DNA of 62,319 nt, filler included, from Chiloscyllium plagiosum (taxonomy: Eukaryota): assembly GCF_004010195.1 (NCBI RefSeq). It is 5 parts of one record of this genome, joined end to end, with 100 filler letters (N's around TTAATTAATTAA, not from the genome) between each part and the next. Parts side by side here need not be neighbours in the genome. Positions count along the whole stretch, not along the records: positions 20,361 to 37,279 come from NC_057713.1; positions 37,380 to 47,048 come from NC_057713.1; 3 more parts are not named here. The stretch is one strand, 5' to 3'. The notes below the pieces were generated by a model that was given only the letters and a program-made list of their open reading frames with translations, ran no database searches and was not told the origin of the DNA. A program made the position numbers and the translations under genes. Of this stretch, positions 26,700-39,371 are shown one piece after another (positions within the stretch are counted from its first letter, which is position 1; every line of letters starts with the position of its first letter).

Positions 26700-28600
26700 G
26701 TGGCAGTAAATTCTGGCCCCTGAGAGGACAAAACTGATGAAGCAATAATGGGACACTCAGAAATGACAAGGACACTAAACCAATATTTTGTCTCTGTTTT
26801 CACAGTGGAAGATAATAGTTTATTCCCCAAAAATGCAGTTACTACAAAGGAACTTAGTGAAAATTATTATAATTAGGGAGAAGGTATTAAGTAAACTGAT
26901 GGAATTCAAGGCAGGCAAGTCTCTGGGGGCCTAATAGTCCGCACCCAAAGGTATTAAATGAGGTGGAAGCAGAGATATTGGTTGCATTAGTTATGATTTT
27001 CCAAAATTCCCTGGATTCTGGAAAATACCAATGATTTGGAAACATGGTAATGTGACACCCTTAGGAGATATTCAAAAAGTGGGAAACTACAGGCTAATAG
27101 TTTGACCTCTGCGGTGGGGAAGTTGCTGAAGTCGAACATAAAGAGGAGATATTTGAACAATTGGAAAAACAAAGCTCAATTCACCAGTGTCAGCACGGTT
27201 TCATGAAGGGCAGATCATGCCAGACAAACTTGCTGGAGTTCTTTGAGGACGTAAGCATCAAGGTGGGTAATGGGGATCAGGTGGATGTGGTATATCTAGA
27301 CTTCGAGAAGACTTTAGGCAAGGTGCTGCATAAAAGACTCATCCAGAAAATTGTATCGCAGGAGTTAAGGGTAAAGTATTGGCTTGGATAGAGGATTGGT
27401 TAACTGATAGAAAATAGGTGGTTAAGATATATGGGTCCTTTTCTGGATAATGAACTGTAGCTAGTGGGGTGCCGAAAAATGTGTTGCTGGAAAAGCGCAG
27501 CAGGTCAGGCAGCATCCAAGGAGCAGGAGAATCGATGTTTCGGGCATAAGCCCTTCTTCATATGCCCGAAACGTCGATTCTCCTGCTCCTTGGATGCCGC
27601 CTGACCTGTTGTGCTTTTCCAGCAACACATTTTTCAGCTCTGATCTCCAACATCTGCAGTCCTCACTTTCTCCTAGTGGGGTGCCATAGGGTTCAGTTCT
27701 CGGACCTCAACTAGTTACAATGATCAGCAAGCGAGGACACAATGTAACATAGCAAAATTCGTAGGTGGTACTAAAATAGGCAGGAAAGCAGGTTGTGATA
27801 GGGAGATAAAGAGCTTACGGATAGATATTGATAGGCAAGGAGAATGGACCAGAGTCTGGCAGATGGAAGTTAATCTGGATAAATAATCTGTGATCTTATC
27901 CTTTTTGGCTGGAAAAATTATTAAATAAATGGGAAGCAGATTCAAAGCGTGTCAGTGCAGAGGGATCTGGGTATGTTTGTGCATGAATCATAGAAAGTAC
28001 AACATATAATAAGGAAGGCAATTGGAATTTTGGCATTTATTGCAAAAGGACTGGATTATAAATGTAAAGAAGTGTTGTTACAATTTTATAATACCTTGGT
28101 GTGACCACACCTGGAGTCAGTTCAGAGAAGTTTCACCAAGTTGATTCCAGGGATGAAAGGGCTGTTGTATTAGGAGCAGTTGAATTGCTTGGGCTGGAGT
28201 TCAGAAGAATGAGGGGAGACCTGATTGAGTTATATTAAACTGCTAAAGGGGATTGATACGGTGGACATTGAATAGGTGTTTCCCCTTGTGGGACAATCTA
28301 GAACAAGAGGTCATAGATAAAGAGTGAGAGGAGGTAGGTTCAAAACTGAGATGAGGAGAAACTACTTTGTGAATCTGGGAACTCACTGGCCCAGAGTGCA
28401 GTGGAGGCAGAATCAAACAACAGATCCAAGAAGGAAATAGATATGTTTCTGATGAAAATGAGGATGAAGGGCTAGGGGGCAGCAGGCAGGAAAGTGGAGT
28501 TGAGACCAGTATAAGATCTGCCATGATCATATTAAATGGCAGAGAGGGCTCAAAGGGTTGACTTGCCTATTCCTACTCATAATCTGTATGTTCTTATCTT
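26700..28600 (+). mobile_element. Degenerate CR1 LINE ORF2 and 3' end
   Basis: QHGFMKGRSCQTNLLEFFE...DVVYLDFEK; many stops. Confidence 0.9.
27474..27672. mobile_element. Fold-back Penelope-like element inserted in a CR1 RT, 13-bp TSD
   Basis: ctagtggggtgcc at 27461-27473 and 27673-27685; about 76-bp near-perfect inverted arms turning inside the hammerhead. Confidence 0.88.
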
Positions 28601-31600
28601 ATCACTGCTGCGGTTTTTTTATTATCACAGCATGCACTGACTTTACTGATTAAAATTGTCAGTTTAATATTCCAAGTTCCCCACCAATTTTCCCCTCAAC
28701 TAGTAATCAGACCCCCCATCATCAGTTTCTTGTTCCTTAAGGTATGTTGACACAATCACTGTGATAAAATATTCTGAATTAAAACAAACATAACTAAACA
28801 AAATCAATGAACTGACCCTGAGCTGTACACTGGTCTAAGCTAAATGTGATTGAAAATCCAACAGAAATACTGAACTTTTTTTTTCCTTTAATCGTCCAAC
28901 TGCTAGATGTAATTCCAATACTTCCTGAGCTTATAGTAATCTCAAGGAAATTGAGCTCATCAAGTGTTCAGTGCTCCTCCATTTAAAGGGTCACTGCATC
29001 AACACAACAGAGTATTTTCTATAAAAGTATTAAAGGATTTCAGATTCAATATGAATATTAATCCACACAGTTCTGCAGAGATACCACCATAGTGCAAAAC
29101 TGCTGCAGTCTGTGTAAATGTAATACCCGTCCATCATTTATACTTTGATTGACAGGCACAAATAAGCATTTAAGCATGTTTAATGCACTAGAATATAATT
29201 CAGTGGCTGGAGAGAAGAGAAAGCCATTAAAGTGATATGATTACATAAAGGGCTTGTGGGACATCAAATTGTCATCAATTTCACAATGTTCTCAACTCCA
29301 TTCTAAGTCAATTGCAGATCCCCCAACTTCCATTCCATTACTTTATAAATAGCTGCATTTCCACAAGTGCCCCTTCTTTTCCAAACCTCTATGATTGCTC
29401 ATTTTTAAAACTTCAACTCTTCTCATCTTGTAAATAGCCAATACACCAGTGATCTCCCTTTTGTTGGTGAGAGGATGCTTACACATAGAGACAGCAAGCT
29501 TGTGGACTGAAGTTAGTGAGGCCTAGCTGTTGGCTTGAGGCTGTTCAATTCTAAGGGATTATGTATGGTGCAAGTCCATATTTGGTGCAAGATTAATGAG
29601 GTAATCCTAAAAGAGTTCTTGGTGTGAGCCGATAGTGGGAAGACACCAGTGCTCAGATGAGCTGAGAGCCAACAAGAACAAGGCACCACAGTTTGGGAAG
29701 ATAAGGAAAAAGGATAAAATTGAAGAATTCCAGTGTGCCATCAGCAAAACCTCTGGAGAGCAACCATTGTGAACTGCAAACCCATGCTTTGAAATGTGGA
29801 GCAGACCCCTAAGACCTGGAAGAGATGCTCAGCTAGCATGAGCTTCTATTCTTATTAGCTTTTACTTTGTTGACTGCTCTGGGAACATCAAGCTTAGTGG
29901 GTTATGGTGAATTGCATTGTTTTCTAACCAAATAGTGTGAATTATATGTCTGCTTCAACTAAACTAATAAAGGTAGTGGTTAGTTGACATAAACTTAACT
30001 CTTGTCCTCTTTGTGCCAAGCCAATAACTGCTGTCGAGAGAGGCAACCAGGCAACACTTTCCTCTCCAAAGTGTTCTTGCCCGTCTCCATAACTCCGTGA
30101 TTTATTCTTTTCAGTCATGCCTTTATCCCTGTCACAGCTCTAGTCAATGCTTAAATGACATCCTCTATGGATATATTGTAACATTAAGCATTGCCATTCG
30201 CTTCCTATGCAGTCTTCAAAATGGCTACAAAAACATCCTTCACTGTTGTCCTGCAATAGTGGCACTGCTATCAATTGTCTCTAATTTATTTTCTAATTGT
30301 TTTATGACTGCACAGATAGGGTTGGCAGATGCAAGGTGCCAGTGTCCATGGGTGAAGTGCACATGCAGATTGTGTCTGTCCATTTTCCTTTGGGCTACAA
30401 TTTGGTCGCAGGCAATATGGAGGTTCTTTAGAGCAAACCGTTAGCTTAACCTGCTCTGATTACTACGTCAATTTCATTTGCTAACTTGTTTGGCACGTTT
30501 GGTAAGATGCAAAAAAACTGCAGATGCTGGAATCAAAGGTAGAACACAGCATCAGGAGGTGGAGACATCAACATTTCGGGTGTGACCCTTCTTCCATTTG
30601 ATAAGATAGCTGAATACTAATGGGGCGAGTTGTGTCATTAATATTGCATTTAGCAAACAATAATCCCTCTTGATTGTCTATTGACTTGGCCAAGATGATT
30701 TCAATACACATTAGTAAAACACTCATGCACAGTTCCCCTGCTTGTACTGCCATTCTGTCCTATTCACTCATATTTATTGTACTTACTTGGGAGCTGCCAT
30801 GTTTGTTACTGGCAAAGCATGTCACAACAGTGCATGCACAGAATGGTCTGCATGTGGTGTCAGGAGACAGTCATTAAAGTTGGCAACTAGGTGATAGCCA
30901 AAATGAATCCTGCAATGAAATCCTTAAGTTTGTCCTTGTTCCAGGAGCACAGAACCACCTTTCCAGTATAGCTGCTGTTTCATGCAAAGGACTGACTTCA
31001 TTACTTATAGAGTCATAGAGTCATACATGATTTGGAAACAGACTCTTCAGTCCAGCTTTGAACTGGGTTATGTACGTGACAGCTGAGTGACTTCACTTAA
31101 AACCAATCACCCACATTTTGTTATGATAAAAACAACACTCCTACCAATCTGCTCTGCACTTTTTCCTGTGTTTTTTAAGCAGCCTTCTCTCCCTTTGTGA
31201 GACATTAATAATATGGTAGTTTGAAAAAACATTGCTGTGCTAGTCAGCATTGACAAAGTATTGTTTTTCAGGAATCAAAATGTGAACAGAACTACAAAAC
31301 AAGCCAACACTTTGTTTTCATTTTAATACCTTGTCCTTTTTCTTATTTTGAGAGGCTTCAGAACAGCAGCTTTCTAGTTCCAGACATAACCCTGTTTTCC
31401 TCATGGGAAACAACCACTGTCTGGTTGAATGTGATTATTTGAATGGTGACTCAGATCAGTTTAAAAAATAAATAAATAAAAGCAGGCAGGCCTTCCACCA
31501 AGTCCAGTATGAACAACATGTGGCACTAGTGAGATCACTGGTGCAGAACTTTCTTTCTTTGAAGATTTTAGTTTTTAAAAGATGTTTACCCCCGACCCCA

Positions 31601-31904
31601 AGAAGTCTTAGCTAACTTTAAAGTCCACTGGATGGGAAAAGAGTGACTCATCTGACTTAACCCCTCCCCTGCATTGTTCCTGTTTTCAAGTTTTGTGGTT
31701 CAGAAACACCTATTGTTTGTGAATAATTTTGATTGCTACAGGATAATTACAAGCAGATAATCTTGCAATGGTGACGCATAATGCTCAGAAAGGTGGTCAG
31801 GATTGGTGACTCACATATTTACAGTTTGTTTGAGACTTTATTTTGGACCACAACATGCCTTTTAACAAACAGTACAACCATGGAAGAGATCGAAGGATAT
31901 TGGA

Positions 31905-32095
31905 GGAACAAATTACCGCAGATGCTGGAATCTCCATTGAATACAAACAATGGGTCAGGCAGCATTCGTGGAGAAAAGCAAGCCGACATTTCAAGTCTAG
32001 AAACTCTTCTTCAGAAACGTGTAGACTCAAAATCTTAGATTGCTTTCTCGTCACGGATGCTGCTGGGATCTCCACCATTTTTTGTTTTCAGTTTC
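31905..32095. mobile_element. Degenerate fold-back Penelope-like element
   Basis: gcagatgctggaatc terminus and an inverted copy around tcttcttcagaa. Confidence 0.55.
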
Positions 32096-32134
32096 ATCCA
32101 AGGGTATTATTGATTTGATTTTATAGCAGGAGAA

Positions 32135-32495
32135 TTTATAAAAGCATGAGGGGCATAGATAGGATAAATAGACAAAGTCTTGGGATGAAGGAGTCCAAAA
32201 CTAGGGGCATAGGTTTGGGGTGAGACAGGAAAGATATAAAAGGGACTTAAGGGGCAACTTTTTCACGCAGAGGGTGGTGCGTGGATGGAATGAGCTGCCA
32301 GAGGAAGTTGTGGAGGTTAGTACAATTGCAACATTTAAAAGGCATCTGGATGTGTATATGAATAGGAAGGGTTTGGAGGATATGGGCCAAGTGCTGGCAA
32401 ATGGAACTAGATTAGATTAGGATATCTGGTCGACATGGATGAGTTGGACCAAAGGGTCAGATTCTCGGCTGTACTTCTTTATAACTCTATGACTC
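32135..32495 (+). mobile_element. CR1 LINE 3' end
   Basis: ERYKRDLRGNFFTQRVVRGWNELPEEVV; tail actctatgactc. Confidence 0.9.
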
Positions 32496-33029
32496 GAAGT
32501 ACAATACAAAACAATTTTCTTAAAATTGCATTATATAACATTTTTCACACCCTCAGGAGGTTTCAATGCACTTTGTAGCCAGTTAACGCTTTTCATGAAG
32601 TACAACCGCTGCCCCCTGTTTGAAACTCAGCACCTCTGACTGTTTGGGAGTTTTTCAGTGCAGCGCTAAGATATCTAGATCATGTGCTCAAGTCTCTTCA
32701 AGCCCCAGCCTTCTGTTTCAAGAGGCACAAATGATACCAATTACAACAGCTCCCAACAAGAATGCATTACTTTTCATGCTCCCAATAGGTCATTGAAATT
32801 GATCTGATAAATAAAAGGAAAATATGGCCAACTGGTGGTTTTCATTTCCATGATTTCGGAGTTGCTGCAATGAACTAATCTTTATATTAGCTGCAGTTCC
32901 TATGGTTCCTTTGATGGAAACAGATGAGGTTTGAAAGAATGGCTGAAAATGTTTATATAATGCAGAAAGAGCTTTCGCTCAATCAATATGCCAAGTACTG
33001 ATTTTGCTGGTGCATCTGGCACTCTGTTT

Positions 33030-33295
33030 CGAATCATAAAATCCCTACAGTGTGGAAACAGGCCATTTGGCCCAACAAGTCCACACTGACTCTCTGAAGA
33101 GTAACCCACCCAAACCCATTCCCCTACATTTCCCCTGACTAATGCACCTAACCTACACATCCCTGGACACAATGGACAATTTAGCATGGCCAATCCACCT
33201 AGTCTGCTCATCTTTGAACTGTGGGAGGAAACCAGGGCACCCGACGGAAACCCACGCAGACACGGGGAGAATGTGCAAACTCCACACAGACACTG
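33030..33295 (-). mobile_element. HE1-type SINE
   Basis: Same core as 34368-34677. Confidence 0.88.
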
Positions 33296-33720
33296 GACTA
33301 ATAAGGTTCGATTGTCTAGATCTGCATCTTCTGGAGTTGAGAAGAGTCAGGGGTGACTTAATTGAAACATATAAGACCTGAAGGGGATTTGACCAGGTGG
33401 ACGGTTCCTTCTGTGGGAGAATCTCAAACTAAGGGGTCATTGTTTAAAACATAGGGGTGCCCATTTAAAATAGGGGTGAAGAAGCATTTTTAGTCTCAGT
33501 GGATTGACTATCTTTGGAACTCCCTTCCTCAAAAAGCAATGGATGCAGAATCTTTAAATGTTTTTAAGGCAGAGAGAGATTGTTTCTTGATTACCAAGGG
33601 GATCTCAGATTATCAGGGGTATGCAGCAATGTAGAGTTGAGGTTAAAATCAAATCTGCCACAATCTTATTGAATGGCAATAAACAGCTGCGTGGCTTGCT
33701 CTGGTTCCTTGTTCATATCT
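33296..33720 (+). mobile_element. CR1 3' fragment
   Basis: LELRRVRGDLIETYK and downstream 3' UTR. Confidence 0.8.
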
Positions 33721-34367
33721 TTGCATCTATAATAAGGGACCGGGCCAAGGTTGTTGTTGTACGAGAGTGGGAAATGATCCAGGAGCTCAATGCTGCTGGA
33801 GATCTAACATAAATGTTCTGCTGGGGTAGAATGCAGAAGGAACAGCAGTATGAGGACAGAGGGAGAGAGAGAGAGAGAGCGAGGTAACAACAGGCATGAT
33901 CCAAAGATTCTTTCACAGATATCTCCTCTAAGCTCCAAAGGAATCCTACTAAAATTAAAATGATCTGAACTTACATTGCGCTATTCCTAAGATCTTCAAG
34001 TTTGTCACAATGCAGGCTTCCCCAACAGTAGAAGGAGGGATAGTGTTGTATTACTTCAGCGACCAGCTCAGTTATACAGGACCAAGAACCTGTATAAAAA
34101 ATTTGGGAAAGCTTTCCCTCGAATCAGTATGTTAGCTGCAAATTTCCACATTTATGCTATTTTGGCTATGATGCCTTGCATCTGTACTTGACTCAGGCAG
34201 ATCTCACACCTAGGATTTGGCGAATGCTGCTAGTTCTTCAAGTTAGTTGACACCTTAAAGAAGAATTATAACTTTTCTACAAATTCAGGAAATGGAATTG
34301 GTTGTGTCATGAGATGAGGATGGATATTTGTAAGACATCCTGCTTGCAGAGAGCACTAAGGGATGTT

Positions 34368-34677
34368 TAGATTAGATTACTTACAGCGTGGAAACTGGCC
34401 CTTCGGCACAACAAGTCCACACTGACCCGCCGAGGAGCAACCCACCCAGACCCATTCCCCTACATTTACCCCTTCACCTAACACTACGGGCAATTTAGCA
34501 TGGCCAATTCACCTAACCTGCACATCTTTGGATTGTGGGAAGAAACCGGAGCATCCGGAGAAACCCATGCAGACACAGGGAGAATGTGCAAACTCCCCAC
34601 AGACAGTTGCCTGAGGCAGGAATTGAACCTCGGTCTCTGGCGCTGTGAGGCAGCAGTGCTAACTACTGGGCCACCGT
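34368..34677 (-). mobile_element. Full-length HE1-type SINE
   Basis: Minus-strand tRNA-like head (ggtggcccagtagttagcactgctgcc...ggttcaattcc), conserved core, CR1-like stem-loop and (taatc)n tail. Confidence 0.92.
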
Positions 34678-34844
34678 TCCGTCCGTTACTGTAGTGCATC
34701 TCATTTACTGAATATAATCTTTTAATTAAACAATTTAAAGCCTGATTTTTACTCCGTGTACGTGAATTAGTTTTGAATGAGTTAACATCTCATTCACATT
34801 CTGAACATAATCAACTATTTTAGTGTGAATTAACTGATGTGATC

Positions 34845-37097
34845 TGCACAAGAAGGACAGAGTGCACCTAAATTGGAAGGGGACTAATATACTGGCAGGG
34901 AGATTTGTTGAGCTGCTCGGGAGGATTTAAACTAGTAGAGTGGGGGAGTGGGACCCAGGGAGATAGTGAGGAAAAAGATCAATCTGAGACGAGTACAAAG
35001 GCGAGTCAAACAGTCAGGGCAGGCAGGGACAAAGCAGAGAACAAGGTGGGATGATAAATTAAACTGCATTATTTCAATGCAAAAGGCTGAACAGGGAGGG
35101 CAAATGAACTCAGGGGATGGTTAGGAACATAGGACCAAGACGTCATAACAATCACAGAAACATGGCTCAGGAGTGGACAGGATTGGCAGCTAAATGTTCC
35201 AGGATGCAAATGCAACGGGAAGGACAGTAAGGGAGGCAAGAGAGGAGGGAGACTGGCGCTTTTGATAAGGTATAGCATTACAGCTGTACTGAAGGAGGAT
35301 ATTCCCAGAAATACATCCAGGGAAGTTATTTGGGTTGAATTGAGAAATAAGAAAGGGATGGTCACCTTATTGGGATTGTATTATAGATCCTCTAATAATC
35401 AAAGGAAAATTGAGAGGCAAATTTGAAAGAAGATTTCAGTTATCTGTAAGAATAATAGGGTGGTAATGGTAGGGGATTTTAACTTTCCAAACATAGACTG
35501 GGACTGCCAGAGTGCTAAGGGTTTGGATGGAGCGGAATTTGTTAACTGTGTATAAGAAATTTTTCTGATTCAGTATGTGGATACACCCACTAGAGAAGGT
35601 GCAAAAATTGACCGACTCTTGGGAAATAAGGCAGGGCAGGTGATTGAGGTGTCAGTGAGGGAGCACTTTGGGGCCAGTGACCATAATTCTGTTAGTTTTA
35701 AAATAGTGATGGAAAAGGATAGACCAGATCTAAAGGATAGACTATGGTAGGCTACTGCAAAAAATACGGAGGTATGGCATTGAGGGTGAGTTGGAGGTTT
35801 GGATTAGGAATTGCCTGGCTGGAAGAAGACAGAGGGTAGTAGTTGATGGTAAAGGTTCATCTTGGAGTGCAGTTACTAGCGGTGTTCCGCAAGGATCTGT
35901 TTTGGGACCATTGCTGTTTGTACCTGATGCCCTCTAGTCCTCGATTCCCTAACCCTGGGGAAAAGACCGAGTGCATTCACCCTATCCATGCCTCTCATGA
36001 TCTTATAGGAGAAAGTGAGGACTGCAGAAGCTGGAGATCTTTGAAAGTTGCCACCCAGGTAGATAGTGCGGTTGGAAGGCATATGGCGTACTGGCTTTTA
36101 TTGGTAGAGAAATTGAGTTCCGGAGCCCTGAGGTCATGTTGCAGTTGTATAAGACTCTGGTGCGGCCGCATCTGGAGTATTGTGTGCAGTTTTGGTCGCC
36201 ATACTATAGGAAGGATGTGGAGGCACTGGAACGGGTGCAGAGGAGGTTTACCAGGATGTTGCCTGGTATGGTAGGAAGATCGTATGAGGAAAGGCTGAGG
36301 CACTTGGGGCTGTTTTCATTGGAGATAAGAAGGTTTAGGAGTGACTTGATAGAAGTGTACAAGATGATTAGGGGTTTAGATAGGGTTGACCATGAGAACC
36401 TCTTTCCACATATGGAGTCAGCTATTACGAGGGGGCATAGCTTTAAATTAAGGGTTGGTAGGTATAGGACAGATGTTAGGGGTAGATTCTTTACTCAGCG
36501 AGTCGTGAGTTCATGGAATGCCCTGCCAGTAGCAGTGGTGGACTCTCCCTCTTTATGGGCATTTAAACGGGCATTGGATAGGCATTTGGAGGATAGTGGG
36601 CTAGTGTAGGTTAGGTGGGCTTGGATCGGTGCAACATCGAGGGCCAAAGGGCCTGTATTGCGCTGTATTTTTCTATGTTCTTTGTTTTTTTCTATGTTAA
36701 AAGCTGAAGTTCTAAATTGGAGGAAAGCTAATTTTGACAGTATTAGGCAAGAACTTTCAAAAGCTGATTGGGGGCAAATGTTCGCGGGAAAAGGGATGGT
36801 TAGAAATTGGGAAGCCTTCAGAAATGAGATAACCAGAGTCCAGAGATGAAATTTCCCCGTTCGGATGAAAGGAAAGGCTGGTAGGTGTAGGTAATGCTGG
36901 ATGACTAAAAAAATTGAGGGTTTGGTTAAGAAAAAGAAGGAAGCATATGTCAGGTATAGACAAGATGGATCGTGCGAATCCTTAGAAGAGTATAAAGGCA
37001 GTAGGAGTATACTTCAGAGGGAAATCAGGTGGGCAAAAAGGAGACATGAGATAGCTTTGGCTAATAGAGTTAAGGAGAATCCAAAGGGTTTTTACTA
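34845..37097 (+). mobile_element. CR1 LINE (ORF1 end plus APE endonuclease part of ORF2), with a younger CR1 nested at about 35735-36697
   Basis: YFNA, ITETW, YYRS, GDFNFP and SDHNS endonuclease motifs. The host sequence gatctaaaag|ctgaagttct (compare 7551) is interrupted by LYKTLVRPHLEYCVQFWSP...TRGH with a ttctatg tail. Confidence 0.9.
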
Positions 37098-37279
37098 TAT
37101 GTTGTGGTTTTGTTCGCCGAGCTGGAAATTTTTGTTGCAAACGTTTCGTCCCCTGTCTAGGTGACATCCTCAGTGCTTGGGAGCCTCCTGTGAAGCGCTT
37201 CTGTGGTGTTTCCTCCGGCATTTATAGTGGCCTGTCCCTGCCGCTTCCGGTTGTCAGTTTCAACTGTCCGCAGTAGTGG
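37098..37279 (-). mobile_element. Penelope-like pseudo-LTR (TATA box plus hammerhead), running into a gap
   Basis: Minus strand: ccacTATAAATgcc...gcaCTGAGGAtgtcacctagacaggggacGAAACGTTtgc. Confidence 0.8.
37137..37176 (-). ncRNA. Minimal type I hammerhead ribozyme
   Basis: Core CUGAGGA and GAAA; stem I gca/ugc; stem II gucacc/ggggac with one mismatch; palindromic ACGU in place of stem III. Confidence 0.7.
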
Positions 37280-39139
37280 NNNNNNNNNNNNNNNNNNNNN
37301 NNNNNNNNNNNNNNNNNNNNNNNTTAATTAATTAANNNNNNNNNNNNNNNNNNNNNNNNNNNNNNNNNNNNNNNNNNNNTAAGCCTCCTTTCTGTTAAAA
37401 TTTGTCATCTACTTCCCACTCTGTAACAATATACTGATCCGATAAAGCCCCTATTAAATATACAGCAAAACAATTTACAAAACCACTTATCAACCTCAGG
37501 TGTCGAGCTTTCTCGGTCTTAGATTTCTTGGGTTGTCTTTGGTCTTCTGCTGCAAAGATGTTTCACATGAAAAGAGTATATTTTAGAAAGAGGATCTGCA
37601 GGCAGCCTACTGATGGCATTCAGTGTTTATTGCCTCCAGCTAACTGTCCAAAATATCTACTTTCTTTACCACAAAACATTGGATTGTCTCATTGGTTTAA
37701 TGTTGTCAAAACTGTAAAATTCAAATTCGATTGGGTATGAGTATTTGGGGCATAACCTAAACTGATTGGTTGAATTTGAATGGTTGTGAAAACAACTCAT
37801 ATTCTGAGTTAAAGTTCAAATGTTACATCTTCAAATTGTCCGTCTACTTTGTGCCTGCAATAAGTCATATGACAGATGCTTGCCAGCTTTTCAACTTTCA
37901 CTCACTCTTAAAGGTACAGCGCACACCTTTGACTTCACAACACAGTATTCCTGATGTATTATCAATCTTCCTGAAGTAATGCACCCAGAGCTATACACAA
38001 TCCTCAAGCTGAGGTCTAACTCAGTACCTTATATCAGATCAGTGTAAACTCCCTGCTCTTATACAGAACCACTGATTGGACATCTTGGAGGAAACAACTT
38101 TAAGACTCAGAATTATCACTGATCTTCAGAGGAAATATTTTGACATTTGCACATCTCAGAAGGTATTTACAATGGACTCGCGTTGTCACAGCCATTTCAT
38201 ATAGTGATACAGTTTCTATTTCTAGGTTAGAAGCTCAAGGTTCAAGATCTACTCTGGTCTTTCAGGAAGTGGAGAGAGTGCTGAGAATATTGATACACAG
38301 CAAGCTGCACTTCATGCTCCTTGGCTGCACCAAGTGATCAAAAGGTAGAAGTACGATGTTAAAGACAGGATTCTCTCGTGGTCATCTGGTTCAAAATGTA
38401 ACATCTGTATGTGTACAACCTACTAGTTCACATTACTTTGGTCTGTATAATTTCTGAATGCTGTTAATGGTGAGCTCCATTGCAAAAAGGCATGGTATGC
38501 ATTATGCATTCACCCACGTGCCCTTGATACCTGCTTTTCCAGCACCTTTGAACAACAGCCTGTATGTCCCACCACTTCATGACTTTGTTGTGCTGGAAGT
38601 CATGAATTATATTCTCCATCTTTTCTCCCTGTCTGAAGAATGTAATGGCCTTGACCTCCAATCAAAGGGGATAAGGGCTGGCGTGGCGGGGGGGGGGGGG
38701 GGTGGTTTGTTGGGGAATGGGGATAGCGTGTGTGTTAATGATTTTTTCAATTGTTTATCAAGGTGTATTTTTTTAAAATGTTGTCCTTTATTAAATCAGT
38801 GTGTGCTTTCATGATTTAGATTAACAACAAATAAGCTTTCAAATTCTTAATTAAGTGTCGCATTTGACGTTGCCATATGCAACTTTATTTTATTCAGCTG
38901 CAGACACGTTTAGATTTAGTTCCCTACATTCCATCTGGGAAAATGCAGAAAGTCCATCTGGGCATATAGCACCTGCACATAGCACTATCACCACTTCATG
39001 TAAACAGGTCCCATGATGCTGCACCCTAATAGGAGCCATAAAGAGTTTTACTGTTGTCACAAACAGTATTACTGATCACAAATACATAATATATTGGCCT
39101 TCCACAGGTGCCAGTAATGTTGGTATTTCCCTCTGGTGC

Positions 39140-39285
39140 TCTCCCTCCTCCCCTCCATTAATCTCTCAGCTCCCTGGTCCACAAACCTCATTCCTGAAGA
39201 AGGGCGTATGCCTGAAACATCGATTCTCCTGCTCCTCTGATGCTGCCTGACCTGCTGTGCTTTTCCTGCACCACACTCTTGACTG
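39140..39285 (+). mobile_element. Penelope-like terminal fragment with decayed hammerhead
   Basis: CTGAAGA (39194-39200), agggcgtatgcct, GAAACATC (39214-39221). Confidence 0.7.
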
Positions 39286-39299
39286 TGCTGTGACAGACA

Positions 39300-39371
39300 G
39301 TATTACTGGCATCGTGGCCAGTTTTACTGGTGTCACAAGTGGTATTACTGGCACCATGGCAAGTTTTACTG
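39300..39371. repeat. 21-bp minisatellite (42-bp higher-order unit) running into a 500-N gap
   Basis: gtattactggcatcgtggcca / gttttactggtgtcacaagtg / gtattactggcaccatggcaa / gttttactg. Confidence 0.75.

Noticed and set aside
27474..27672. Long hairpins as candidate pre-miRNAs, or repeats as a CRISPR-like array
   Set aside because: The arms are multi-copy mobile-element termini with TSDs, and there is no regular repeat-spacer array in this eukaryotic window.
34368..34677. tRNA-like A/B boxes
   Set aside because: These are SINE heads with no complete cloverleaf, so they are not tRNA genes.
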